DNA of 64,000 bases from Bacteroidales bacterium. Lineage in GTDB: Bacteria; Bacteroidota; Bacteroidia; Bacteroidales; F082. The position numbers and the translations under genes were made by a program. Of the stretch, positions 1 to 9,855 are shown one piece after another. Numbering within the stretch: the stretch's first letter is position 1; each line of letters begins with the position of its first letter. Where the stretch lies: positions 377 through 64,376 of the forward strand of contig JBFFLX010000001.1 of assembly GCA_041554435.1 (NCBI GenBank), read 5' to 3'. The notes beneath the pieces are model-generated. The model was not told where the DNA came from. It ran no database searches and worked only from the letters and a program-made list of their open reading frames with translations.

Positions 1-914
1 ATGGCTGCTCCACGCATAAATCTGTTTTCGTTAACAGAAGTGTTTTTAACCAGCCCTCTGCCATATTTTTTAAGCATGGTAGCATCGGATGATTTTCCAA
101 AACTAAGTCCTGACCAAAGTGTTAAGCCCTGCCCGAACTCCAAATGATAATCGCCGATAATTACCTTTTTTAAAATGCCAATATCAGCCACATAAAAATA
201 TGCAGAAGAGAAATCGAATAGTTTTACTTTATCGCCTATAAGTGATTGTATGCTGTCGTTTAATTTGGAACTAATAAGTAACTCGCCTGCGTCTTTTTCA
301 AGTGTAAAACCCAGCCCAACTTTTTTATCAAAATCAAAGGAATAACGACTATAATATTTTTGAGGTTTACCCAGATAAACACTTCCTCTATGCTGTAAAG
401 CAGAGTCGTTGGGTAAACTATATGCTTCCGATTTTTCAATAATTTGTGAATAACGGCCTATAAGTTGATGCCTTCCATATTTGAAAATATCCTTAAACTT
501 ATAATTGTTTTTCTTCTTTTGAGAAGAGAAACTTATAAAAGGAAGCATCTTTTCAACTTCTGACTTGCTAAACCCATCGATGGCTAATAATTCTGCTTTG
601 CTTCTTATTTGCCCGTAATTACTAAGGTAAGTTTGAATATTATTGTATTGAATTTCATTTATGAGAAGTAGTTCGACTAATTTGCGGGAGTTTTCTCCAT
701 TTATGGAAATTGGATTTTTGTTGTAATATCGATAATCATCCAATAGGTCCGAAAAGTCTAATGTCATGTCCTTGGAGGATGAAATATTCTCTAATTGATT
801 ACTAATGAACTCATTATTGATAATCGTTGATGAATCAACTTCTTGTGCTCTTAGGTTTTGAAACGCAAAAAGCGGAAGGATGATTATTCCATATTTTATA
901 ATAGATGAGTACAT
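1..914 (-). CDS. Helix-hairpin-helix (ComEA-like) domain protein, N-terminal part; the gene runs off the left edge
   Basis: Manual reverse translation from the ATG at 914-912 gives MYSSIIKYGIIILPLFAFQNLRAQE (signal-peptide-like). The frame was hand-checked only at both ends, but it is taken as open to position 3, ending ...VNENRFMRGAA. An HhH-like stretch reads NGENSRKLVELLLINEIQYNNIQTYLSNYGQIRSKAELLAIDGFSKSEVEKMLPFISF. The ORF is absent from the supplied track, probably because it is open-ended. Confidence 0.55.
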   Translation of the reverse strand, partial: MYSSIIKYGIIILPLFAFQNLRAQEVDSSTIINNEFISNQLENISSSKDMTLDFSDLLDDYRYYNKNPISINGENSRKLVELLLINEIQYNNIQTYLSNYGQIRSKAELLAIDGFSKSEVEKMLPFISFSSQKKKNNYKFKDIFKYGRHQLIGRYSQIIEKSEAYSLPNDSALQHRGSVYLGKPQKYYSRYSFDFDKKVGLGFTLEKDAGELLISSKLNDSIQSLIGDKVKLFDFSSAYFYVADIGILKKVIIGDYHLEFGQGLTLWSGLSFGKSSDATMLKKYGRGLVKNTSVNENRFMRGAA

Positions 915-918
915 GATG

Positions 919-1767
919 TCAGAAATTAAAAATTAAACCCATCTGAGGTGAAAAACCTAAAGTTTCATGCATACATGCTGCCATATCAACTCTGAAATGT
1001 TTTAACTTAATTCCAAAACCAAAGGAAAATATTTCATGTCGGCTGGCTATTCCTGCTCTGAAAAAAAACTTTGATTTAAGAGAGTATTCCAAACCGCATC
1101 TCAACAGTATTGGATTTATAAATGAACTTTTTTCCAGTTCTGCTGTGATAATCATATTGTCATTCATGCTGTAGGCCAGTCCGAAACGCAGTATAGCAGG
1201 TAATTTTTCGTTATAAGTATCAGTAAGTTTAACTCTAATTGGATTGAAGACATAAATTCCAATACAAAGATTATCAACTATATCCGACTGTATCCCAATT
1301 TCAAAACTCACATTGTTCTTTTTACCATAATCTTCTCCGATGTTCACGGAGAAGTAGTCGAGTTGAATACCTATACTGATAACTTTTCCAAAATTTCTGG
1401 CATAAGCCAAACCTATTTTTTGTTCATTATAGGCTTTATAACCATAATGATTATAACTAAAACCGATTACGCCCATTTTAAAAGGAGCAATGAACGCAGC
1501 GCTTTTATAGGATGTTTCTTTTAGAGTAAAACGATTTTCGTAATTTATTCCAATGGAATATTTATCGATTGAACTTATAGCCGCCTGATTATTTTGTATT
1601 CCCCAAAATCCTTTAAGAGCCACCGAACATCGACCCATTGCTGCCGAACGACTTCCAATTGGAAATATCTCTCCGGAAGCAAATGATTGATGGGAAATTA
1701 AAAACAGTAGTGAGATGACAATTATTTTGTTAACCAAATTATAAAAACCGGGTTTCATAGGTGACAA
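919..1767 (-). CDS. Putative outer-membrane beta-barrel protein (PorV/PorQ-like fold family), function unknown
   Basis: N-terminal signal peptide (LLFLISHQSFA/SGE), alternating hydrophobic beta-strand pattern and a C-terminal aromatic residue (LIFNF). It lies 4 nt upstream of the HhH-domain gene on the same strand. Confidence 0.5.
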   Translation of the reverse strand: MSPMKPGFYNLVNKIIVISLLFLISHQSFASGEIFPIGSRSAAMGRCSVALKGFWGIQNNQAAISSIDKYSIGINYENRFTLKETSYKSAAFIAPFKMGVIGFSYNHYGYKAYNEQKIGLAYARNFGKVISIGIQLDYFSVNIGEDYGKKNNVSFEIGIQSDIVDNLCIGIYVFNPIRVKLTDTYNEKLPAILRFGLAYSMNDNMIITAELEKSSFINPILLRCGLEYSLKSKFFFRAGIASRHEIFSFGFGIKLKHFRVDMAACMHETLGFSPQMGLIFNF

Positions 1768-1863
1768 GAGTTATTTTTAATTATTTTTAGACTTTAAAAG
1801 TAATAAATTGATTAATGTAATGCAAATATTTACAGCAAAACTTTTTATAAGTCAAATAAAATT

Positions 1864-2517
1864 ATGAATTCATTACCACTAGATTTTTTGAAAGAATTAG
1901 CCTTAAACAATGATAGAGATTGGTTTAATGCCAATAAACCAACTTATGAAAAAGCCAAAAAAGTTGTTGAAGATTTTGTTCAGAGTTTGATATTTGAATT
2001 GTCGGTATTTGATAAAAGTTTAATCGGTTTGGAGGCAAAAAAAACCATGTTCCGGATTTACAGAGATGTGAGATTTTCTAAAAACAAACTACCATATAAA
2101 ACAAATATGGGTTCCTATATCTCAGCTGGAGGAAAGAAGTCGGAGAAGGCGTCGTATTATTTGCATTTGGAACCGGGCTCATCATTTTTAGCAGGTGGTT
2201 CTTACAGGCCCCAATCGGAAAATTTGAAAAAAATAAGGCAGGAGATTTTATATAATACTAAGGAATATAAACACTTACTCGATTCAAACCCAATAAAGAA
2301 GTATTTCGATGGAGTGCGTGGTGAAAAGTTAAAGCGACCACCTATCGGTTTTCCTGCCGACTTCCACGACATTGAACTTTTAAAGAATAAAGATTTTATT
2401 ATGGTTCACGAAATTTCCGATGATATAGTTTTTTCAGATGACTTTTTAAGTTATACAGTTAATGTATTTAAAGCTCTAAAACCATTTAATGATTTTTTGA
2501 ACAGGAGTATTACTTAA
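1864..2517 (+). CDS. DUF2461 / TIGR02453 family protein
   Basis: The N-terminal FLKELALNNDRDWFNANKPTYE and RIYRDVRFSKNKLPYKT motifs are typical of TIGR02453. Confidence 0.7.
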   Translation: MNSLPLDFLKELALNNDRDWFNANKPTYEKAKKVVEDFVQSLIFELSVFDKSLIGLEAKKTMFRIYRDVRFSKNKLPYKTNMGSYISAGGKKSEKASYYLHLEPGSSFLAGGSYRPQSENLKKIRQEILYNTKEYKHLLDSNPIKKYFDGVRGEKLKRPPIGFPADFHDIELLKNKDFIMVHEISDDIVFSDDFLSYTVNVFKALKPFNDFLNRSIT

Positions 2518-2521
2518 ATTA

Positions 2522-3652
2522 TCAGTGCTTGCTTAACTTATAAATAGGGCTGCCAACTTTTATTAAATTTCCAAGTTTTTCAAAGTTAAGGAGTATGGTT
2601 GTGGCACCACGTGAATAGGGAGCAATTTCATAACTGTTGTAAACAAAACCAACACCTTCGCCACTAATAAAAAGGTTTTTGCTAGGTTTCACAGTTTCTA
2701 CAAAAAAACCGGCTTCTTTTAGATTTACTTCATCAGGAACTTTATAATTATGCCTTAATTGTTTAGTTAATAAAACCGATAGCAGAGAATCAGAATTGTT
2801 GTCGAATATGTCTTCATAAGATAATTTTGTTCCACTATCAAGATCTATTATATCGTATGAAAGATTGCTCATTCCATGAGATCCTCCTGCATAGGCATAT
2901 CGTAAATATTCGATACATAATAAATAATTTGAGTTAAATATAACGGACATATTTACTTGCTTCTGATAATTCAAACTATTCTTGGGTGACGGCTGTGGCC
3001 GATTTTCTGCTTGTTTGCGGTAGTTGGTAAAGTATTCATATTCAAAATCTTCCATCATCTGCTGAGGCTTACTTAAAGTAAATCCCTTTCCAAAATAACT
3101 ATCCATTATTATGTTTTCAACCGAATCAATAATAACAGGCCGGTAATACTCACCAGCAGGGAATATTAATGTTAATTCTATTTGTGCTGTAGGTGAATCT
3201 TTTTGTTTTTCAATGAGACGGGTTTCTGAATTTAGATAATATACTTTAAAGGGGAGGCTGCCCTTTGGGTAATACTCTTTCATATTGAAAGTCAGCGCTT
3301 TGCTATTGCTATGATTCCATTCCCCATCATAATGACCATCTCTGATCAGTCCTTTAAATGTATATTCCTTGCTACCGAACTCTCTTAAAAGCAAGCTGTC
3401 GTTTTCTTCGGCTTTACCCATCAATTCAACAGTTTTTCCATAATATAAATCATTTTCTGCTTCCAGATAATAGTAAATATAATTACCACTAACATTATCG
3501 AACAGTTTGACAATGTTTGCAGTAACATTTATATTTTCACCAATCTTGCCTTCAAGGCGCTTATAATAATTGTCGGAAGTTTTATGATCTTGTCCAAAAA
3601 CATTGATACTTAAAATGAGAATGGTGAGTATTGTTAATTGTCTGAATAACAT
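2522..3652 (-). CDS. Secreted DUF3298/DUF4163 (RsiV/PdaC-like) domain protein
   Basis: Signal peptide present. The C-terminal YAYAGGSHGMSNLSYDIIDL...GFVYNSYEIAPYSRG pattern is characteristic of DUF3298. Confidence 0.6.
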   Translation of the reverse strand: MLFRQLTILTILILSINVFGQDHKTSDNYYKRLEGKIGENINVTANIVKLFDNVSGNYIYYYLEAENDLYYGKTVELMGKAEENDSLLLREFGSKEYTFKGLIRDGHYDGEWNHSNSKALTFNMKEYYPKGSLPFKVYYLNSETRLIEKQKDSPTAQIELTLIFPAGEYYRPVIIDSVENIIMDSYFGKGFTLSKPQQMMEDFEYEYFTNYRKQAENRPQPSPKNSLNYQKQVNMSVIFNSNYLLCIEYLRYAYAGGSHGMSNLSYDIIDLDSGTKLSYEDIFDNNSDSLLSVLLTKQLRHNYKVPDEVNLKEAGFFVETVKPSKNLFISGEGVGFVYNSYEIAPYSRGATTILLNFEKLGNLIKVGSPIYKLSKH

Positions 3653-3789
3653 ATAATTGTATTAGTTGTTTATTATTTATCTTTCATTGCAAAAATAAAG
3701 AATAAACACGACATATTATATTAAAATCATATTTTAAAGTATAAATCTAAGCCTTAAGTTTTTACTTTTGTGGGGCGAAATAATCGACC

Positions 3790-4653
3790 ATGATTTTTTT
3801 ATTAATTACAATTATAACATCAGTATTAATAATTATATCCTTTAAGGTTTTTAATATCCTTGATGTTAATGCAAAACAGTTAATTACATTCAATTATTTT
3901 TTTGGGTTTTGTTATGGACTAATATTTCGTGAAGACAATTACACCATTCATCAGGTGTTGGAAAGTGATTGGTTAATACCTTCAATATTCATTGGTTTTG
4001 TTTTTATTCTCGGTTTTTATCTTTTCTCTAAATCTACCGAAAAAGCAGGCGTATCAATAACTGCAGTATCAGCAAAAATGTCGGTTATAATTCCTGTAAT
4101 GGCTGGTTTTATTTTGTTTGGAGACTCCATAAGTACATTAAAAATTATGGGTATTGGTTTGGCATTACTTTCGTTTTATTTTATTTTCAAAAAGGGAGAA
4201 AAGGAAGCCATAAATTATAAATATATTATATTGCCATTATCATTGTTGTTGGTTTCAGGGCTTAACGATTCTCTTGTTAAGGTTATGGAACATAATTATT
4301 TGACAGATAATGTTTTATTGTTTTTAACATTTGTTTTTTTGGCGGCTTTTATTTTTGGAGTTATTTTCAGTTTATCAGATTCAAAAAACCGAAGGCAGTT
4401 AATTTCATTAAAAGGTGTTTTGGGAGGTTTCTTATTGGGTACATTCAATTTTTGGAATGCGTGGGCTTTTATAAGAAGTATGAATATTTTTGATTCAAGT
4501 ATGCTTTTCCCAACAGTTAATGTAAGTGTGGTATCAATTTCGGCACTAGCGGGACTAATATTTTTCAAAGAAAAATTAAAAACTATAAACTGGATAGGGA
4601 TATTAATGGCGGTTATTGCAATATTATTAATAAGTTTGGAAAATGGAAACTGA
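3790..4653 (+). CDS. EamA/DMT-superfamily membrane transporter
   Basis: About 10 predicted TM helices arranged as two repeated halves, 287 aa. Confidence 0.6.
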   Translation: MIFLLITIITSVLIIISFKVFNILDVNAKQLITFNYFFGFCYGLIFREDNYTIHQVLESDWLIPSIFIGFVFILGFYLFSKSTEKAGVSITAVSAKMSVIIPVMAGFILFGDSISTLKIMGIGLALLSFYFIFKKGEKEAINYKYIILPLSLLLVSGLNDSLVKVMEHNYLTDNVLLFLTFVFLAAFIFGVIFSLSDSKNRRQLISLKGVLGGFLLGTFNFWNAWAFIRSMNIFDSSMLFPTVNVSVVSISALAGLIFFKEKLKTINWIGILMAVIAILLISLENGN

Positions 4654-5245
4654 TAGTTATAAAACCATAGTTTCGTCTTCAACAGGCTTGTATAAAGAAA
4701 AAGGAAGTAAGTTTATTGCTATCAGCAAACATATAGAGTCGGAGGAGGATTTTAAGGAGTTTTTGCTGGAGATTAAAAAGGAATATTACGACGCTCGTCA
4801 TCATTGTTATGCCTGGAGACTTGGTCCTGATGATGAGTTATATAGAAGTAATGATGATGGAGAACCATCAGGCTCGGCAGGAAAACCAATACTTAATCAA
4901 ATATTGTCGAAGGAACTTTTTTTTACAGCAATTATAGTAGTCAGATATTTTGGCGGTACCAAGTTGGGGGTTAGTGGATTGATAAGGGCTTATAAAACTT
5001 CAAGTCAGCAGGCTCTTGAAAATTCAAAAATTAAGAAAAAGTTTATTTACAAAACTTTGGAAATAAAATTTAAATACCCTCGATTAAATGATATGATGAG
5101 AATAATAAAAGAAGAAAACTTAAATATTAAGAAACAAGAATTTGAGATAGATTGTTTATTAAGAATTGATGTTAAGCGAAATGATGTAAAATATGTCATA
5201 AATAAATTTACTGTTTTTCATGATATATCATTAATTGTATTGTAA
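4643..5245 (+). CDS. yigZ: YigZ / IMPACT (UPF0029) family protein
   Basis: Motifs HHCYAWRLG, DDGEPSGSAGKPIL and VVRYFGGTKLGVSGLIRAY. The gene overlaps the upstream gene by 11 nt. Confidence 0.85.
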   Translation: METDSYKTIVSSSTGLYKEKGSKFIAISKHIESEEDFKEFLLEIKKEYYDARHHCYAWRLGPDDELYRSNDDGEPSGSAGKPILNQILSKELFFTAIIVVRYFGGTKLGVSGLIRAYKTSSQQALENSKIKKKFIYKTLEIKFKYPRLNDMMRIIKEENLNIKKQEFEIDCLLRIDVKRNDVKYVINKFTVFHDISLIVL

Positions 5246-5461
5246 AACAGTTATTTAAATATTTTGGCTTTGAGTTCCATTTAGTTAAAAAAAACTTAAA
5301 AGTCAATAAAAAAAAGTATTTTTTTTTCACTTTTTTTATATGATATTTGCTCTAGGGTTAAGGTGAAATATATACGTCAAGTGGATGTTATTGAGCCTTA
5401 AAAAGTTAACCGTTTTTATTGAACTAAATTTATTAATTATCGACATAAGTTTTATTAACAC

Positions 5462-6898
5462 ATGAAGAAAAAGCATATTGATGTTTGGGAAAAATGCTTA
5501 AAAGTTATCAGTGATAACATACCAATGCAAGCTTACAAAACATGGTTTGAGCCAATCAGGCCAATTAAATTGGAAAATGACATCTTAACAATTCAAGTGC
5601 CAAGTCAGTTTTTTTATGAATGGTTGGAGGAACACTATATTGGATTGCTGAAAAAAACTATTAAAAAAGAACTTGGTATAAACGGGAGGTTAGAATACAG
5701 CATTATTATTGACAGCGCATTTAAAGATGCAAAGCCATATTCTGTTAATTATCCGACTTCTGACAGGAGAGCTACCAAAAATAAACCAATGAACATGCCA
5801 ATTGATATTAATAAGGGTAAATCCAGGGATATTCCAAACCCCTTTATCATTCCCGGTTTAAAGAAGATTAAAGTAGAGTCACAATTGGTGGAGGCGTATT
5901 CATTTGATAATTTTATTGAAGGCGATTGCAACAGGCTTGCAAGATCTGCAGGATGGGCGATTGCAGAGAATCCAGGAAAAACAGCATTTAATCCCTTGCT
6001 TATTTATAGTAATGTTGGTTTGGGAAAAACACATCTGGCTCATGCCATTGGCTTACAAGTAAAAAGCAATTTTCCAGATAAAACAGTCTTGTTTGTAAAA
6101 ACAGAACAGTTTATAAATCAATATATTGATTCAGTTAGAAATAATAATCAAAACGATTTTGTTCATTTCTATCAAATGATAGATACATTGATAATGGATG
6201 ATGTGCAGTTTATCGCCGGTAAGGATAAAACACAGGATGTTTTCTTCCATATTTTCAACCATCTTCACCAGAACAATAAGCAAATCGTACTTACTTCCGA
6301 CAAGCCTCCTGTAGAGTTGAAAGGAATGGAGCCACGTTTGCTTTCTCGTTTTAAATGGGGATTGGCTGCCGATTTACAGGTGCCGGATTTAGAAACCAGA
6401 ATAGCGATATTGCAAAACAAATTGTATAAAGATGGCATTAACATGCCATATGATGTTATAGAATATTTAGCTTATAGCATAACAACAAATATACGTGAGA
6501 TGGAAGGTGCACTAGTTTCCATTCTTGCACAGTCAACTCTGAATAAGAAAACCATCGATTTGGAACTCGCAAAGAGAATGATTGATAAATTTGTTAAGAA
6601 TACTACACGCGAAATTTCCATAGATTATATTCAAAAGGTAGTCTGCGATTACTTTGACATGCCAATAGAGGCAATAAACTCAAAGACTCGTAAACGTGAA
6701 ATAGTACAAGCCAGGCAATTGGCCATGTTCTTCTCCAAAAAGCATACAAAAAATTCTCTTGCAACCATTGGTCTTCACTGTGGTAATAAAGACCATGCAA
6801 CAGTGCTGCATGCTTGTCGTACAGTGAATAATCTCGTGGAAACTGATAAACAATTCAGGGTTTATGTTGAAGAAATTAATAAGAAATTAAAAATATAA
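5462..6898 (+). CDS. dnaA: Chromosomal replication initiator protein DnaA
   Basis: AAA+ Walker A GLGKTHL, Walker B MDDVQF, and the C-terminal DNA-binding region REIVQARQLAMFFSKKHT...HATVLHA. Confidence 0.97.
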   Translation: MKKKHIDVWEKCLKVISDNIPMQAYKTWFEPIRPIKLENDILTIQVPSQFFYEWLEEHYIGLLKKTIKKELGINGRLEYSIIIDSAFKDAKPYSVNYPTSDRRATKNKPMNMPIDINKGKSRDIPNPFIIPGLKKIKVESQLVEAYSFDNFIEGDCNRLARSAGWAIAENPGKTAFNPLLIYSNVGLGKTHLAHAIGLQVKSNFPDKTVLFVKTEQFINQYIDSVRNNNQNDFVHFYQMIDTLIMDDVQFIAGKDKTQDVFFHIFNHLHQNNKQIVLTSDKPPVELKGMEPRLLSRFKWGLAADLQVPDLETRIAILQNKLYKDGINMPYDVIEYLAYSITTNIREMEGALVSILAQSTLNKKTIDLELAKRMIDKFVKNTTREISIDYIQKVVCDYFDMPIEAINSKTRKREIVQARQLAMFFSKKHTKNSLATIGLHCGNKDHATVLHACRTVNNLVETDKQFRVYVEEINKKLKI

Positions 6899-6968
6899 TT
6901 TTAAGATTTATTAATTTGCAATTTCGCTTTTATTTTAGTAAATTTAGGACTCCAAAAAAATAATAAAT

Positions 6969-7436
6969 ATGAATGTACTTTTTGTATGTCTTGGTAATAT
7001 TTGTCGTTCTCCAATTGCTGAAGCATTGCTAAGAAAGAAATATATTGAGAACGGAATTGAAGGTGAAGTTGATTCAGCAGGTTTCGAACCCTATCACATA
7101 AATAAACCACCTGATGCAAAAGCAATAAAAACTGCTAAGTTTTATGGACTGGAACTGGGAGGAAAAGCAAGAATATTTGTAAAATCGGATTTCGACCGTT
7201 TTGACAGAATATATGTTATGGATACCCAAAACTATAATGATATAAAGGAATTAGCACGTTCGAAAAGCGACATGAAGAAAGTTGATTATGTTCTAAACTT
7301 AATTGAACCAGGTAAGAATCATATTCTTACAGATCCATTTCATACAGGTATTGATAATTGTCATACTATTTATAAAAAACTCGATAAAGCAACCGACATA
7401 CTATTGGAGGAAGTAAAATCAACTACATTGGTTTAA
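6969..7436 (+). CDS. Low-molecular-weight protein-tyrosine phosphatase
   Basis: CX5R(S) P-loop in VLFVCLGNICRSPIAEAL and a DP motif near the C-terminus. Confidence 0.9.
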   Translation: MNVLFVCLGNICRSPIAEALLRKKYIENGIEGEVDSAGFEPYHINKPPDAKAIKTAKFYGLELGGKARIFVKSDFDRFDRIYVMDTQNYNDIKELARSKSDMKKVDYVLNLIEPGKNHILTDPFHTGIDNCHTIYKKLDKATDILLEEVKSTTLV

Positions 7437-7437
7437 A

Positions 7438-8391
7438 GTGTTAAGGTCCATTCCAACTGAAGCAGAGATAATATCTGCCCATACCAGAATTAAAGATTTA
7501 ATAAATCGAACACCAATTCTTAGTTCTACTACCATTAACTCTAAGTTTAACTGCAATATTTTCTTTAAATGTGAGAATTTCCAGAAAGCAGGAGCATTCA
7601 AATCCAGAGGTGCTGTTAATGTAGTTTATTCCCTTAATGAAAGTCAGGCAAAAAATGGAGTTTGCACCCATTCATCGGGTAATCATGCACAGGCTTTAGC
7701 CAGAGCTGCTGCCTCCAGAAATATCCCATCTTATATAGTAATGCCCTCAAATGCACCACAAGTAAAAGTGGAAGCCGTTAAAGAGTATGGCGGTATAATA
7801 ACATTTTGTGAGCCTACTCTGGAGGCGCGTGAATCAACATTACAAAGTGTAATGGAAAAAACCAAAGCATTTGAAGTCCATCCCTACAATAATTATGATA
7901 TAATCGCAGCTCAGGCCACTGCCACAAAGGAGTTGCTGGAAGATGTAAATGCAGAATTAAACTTAATTCTTTGTCCTGTTGGAGGTGGTGGACTTTTAAG
8001 CGGAACAGCACTAAGTAAGAATTATTATAGTAGTAATACAGTACTAATTGCCTGTGAACCTGAGGGAGCTGACGATGCTTACCAATCATTTAAGCAAAAA
8101 AAATTAATACCCAGTATTGAGCCAAATACCATAGCTGATGGTTTACTGACATCACTGGGGGAGAAAAATTTCGAAATTATTATTAAATATGTTGACGACA
8201 TAGTAACAGTTTCTGAAGACTCCATTGTTAATGCCATGAAGATGATTTATGAAAGGATGAAAATTGTTGTAGAACCATCATCTGCAGTCCCTCTTGCAGC
8301 AATTATTGAAAATAAAGTTGATGTAAGAAATAAGAATGTTGGGATAATAATCTCGGGGGGAAATGTAGATCTGGGGAAACTTCCTTTTTAA
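7438..8391 (+). CDS. PLP-dependent threonine/serine dehydratase family enzyme (serine racemase-like)
   Basis: CENFQKAGAFKSRGA (PLP lysine), SSGNHAQALA and GGGGLLSG glycine loop. GTG start sits 1 nt after the upstream stop. Confidence 0.85.
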   Translation: MLRSIPTEAEIISAHTRIKDLINRTPILSSTTINSKFNCNIFFKCENFQKAGAFKSRGAVNVVYSLNESQAKNGVCTHSSGNHAQALARAAASRNIPSYIVMPSNAPQVKVEAVKEYGGIITFCEPTLEARESTLQSVMEKTKAFEVHPYNNYDIIAAQATATKELLEDVNAELNLILCPVGGGGLLSGTALSKNYYSSNTVLIACEPEGADDAYQSFKQKKLIPSIEPNTIADGLLTSLGEKNFEIIIKYVDDIVTVSEDSIVNAMKMIYERMKIVVEPSSAVPLAAIIENKVDVRNKNVGIIISGGNVDLGKLPF

Positions 8392-8430
8392 ATTATTATT
8401 CTTCGTAATTTTACATTTTTAATACTTAAT

Positions 8431-9144
8431 ATGGAAACAGGACTTTATTTAATACCTACTACTTTAGGGGATTTCAACACTGCAGAAAAAGTTTTACCCG
8501 ACTATAATGTTCAGTTAACACATAAAATAAACATATTCATTGTTGAGCAGCTTAGAACTGCAAGAAGGTTTTTGAAAAAGATAAAACATCCCACCGATAT
8601 TGATGATATGACTTTTTTGGAACTCAATAAACATACTGATTACAATAAGGTTTCAAATTATCTTAATCCAATTAAAAATGGTGAATCTATTGGTTTGCTT
8701 TCTGAAGCCGGTACTCCATGCATAGCTGATCCGGGATCTGTTATTGTAAAACTTGCCCACGAAAAATCCATTAAAGTTTTTCCATTAATCGGGCCAAATT
8801 CCATAATTTTATCTCTTATGGCATCTGGCTTTAATGGGCAGAATTTTAGTTTTCATGGATACCTTCCTGTGGAAAAAAACACAAGAGCAAAAAGTTTACA
8901 AAAACTGGAATCTCAATGTGGTATAAATAATCAAACTCAAATATTTATTGAAACTCCATATAGGAATAATGCTATGTTCTCAAGCATTTTAAAAAATTGT
9001 AAAAAACAAACCATGTTATGTGTTGCTTCAAATATAAGTCTTGATAATCAATACATTAAATCCATGAGTGTTTCGCAATGGGCAAAAGAAAAAGTGGACC
9101 TCGATAAGAAGCCCACTATATTTTTATTATCTAAAGGAGATTAA
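8431..9144 (+). CDS. SAM-dependent methyltransferase, tetrapyrrole-methylase (RsmI-like) fold
   Basis: LLSEAGTPCIADPGS...PLIGPNSIILSLMASGFNGQNFSFHGYLP matches the RsmI/TP_methylase signature. Confidence 0.75.
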   Translation: METGLYLIPTTLGDFNTAEKVLPDYNVQLTHKINIFIVEQLRTARRFLKKIKHPTDIDDMTFLELNKHTDYNKVSNYLNPIKNGESIGLLSEAGTPCIADPGSVIVKLAHEKSIKVFPLIGPNSIILSLMASGFNGQNFSFHGYLPVEKNTRAKSLQKLESQCGINNQTQIFIETPYRNNAMFSSILKNCKKQTMLCVASNISLDNQYIKSMSVSQWAKEKVDLDKKPTIFLLSKGD

Positions 9145-9161
9145 GCTTAATCTACTATAAT

Positions 9162-9668
9162 TTAGTGCTGATGTCCCTCTGGTCCATGAACGTGACCATG
9201 TGAAAGTTCTTCTTCCAAGGCATCTCTAACATCCAGAATTTTTCCGGAAAAATATAAATCCTGCCCTGACAATGGATGATTAAAGTCCATAACAACGCCA
9301 TCTTCTTCAATGGCAATTACTTTTCCTTCAATAACATGCCCGTCATTATTTTGCATTGGAATATATTTGCCAACCTGAACAAGTTCTGTATCCATTTCTC
9401 CATTATTCATGAAGATACTTTTATCAAGTTTTACTATATCCTGGTCTGAGCCATCACCGTAGGCATCTTTGGACGCTAGTTCGAATCCAAATTCTTCACC
9501 TTCTGTTAATCCGTTTAAGTTGTTCTCAAATGCTGGTAGCAAGGAGCCTACACCAAATAAATGAACAAATGGTTTGTCTTCTTTAACTTCTTGAATAACT
9601 GCTCCGTCAGCATTTCCGGCTTTAAGAGTGTAAGTAAGTGTTACTACTTTATTTTTTTCAATTTTCAT
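9162..9668 (-). CDS. slyD: FKBP-type peptidyl-prolyl cis-trans isomerase SlyD
   Basis: FKBP core with an IF insert and a His-rich C-terminal tail HGHVHGPEGHQH. Confidence 0.85.
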   Translation of the reverse strand: MKIEKNKVVTLTYTLKAGNADGAVIQEVKEDKPFVHLFGVGSLLPAFENNLNGLTEGEEFGFELASKDAYGDGSDQDIVKLDKSIFMNNGEMDTELVQVGKYIPMQNNDGHVIEGKVIAIEEDGVVMDFNHPLSGQDLYFSGKILDVRDALEEELSHGHVHGPEGHQH

Positions 9669-9855
9669 ATAGAATATATTATTTAAAAATGTTATCCCAA
9701 AGGATAATCTTTATATAATTTCCCGTAAATATTTGTTTAAAAAAGAAATAAAAATTTACAGGCTGCAAAAGTAATAAAAATACAGGATTAGGAAAGTTTA
9801 TCAAATTCTTAATAATACTTGAAGTTTGTTAAAGAAGAATAACTATATTTGGATT

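Noticed and set aside
4296-4682. 128-aa ORF antisense to the EamA transporter gene
   Set aside because: It lies mostly antisense to a well-supported membrane-protein gene and its end extends antisense into the yigZ start. Its composition is low-complexity and K/I/N-rich, typical of the antisense frame in AT-rich DNA, and it has no recognisable motif.
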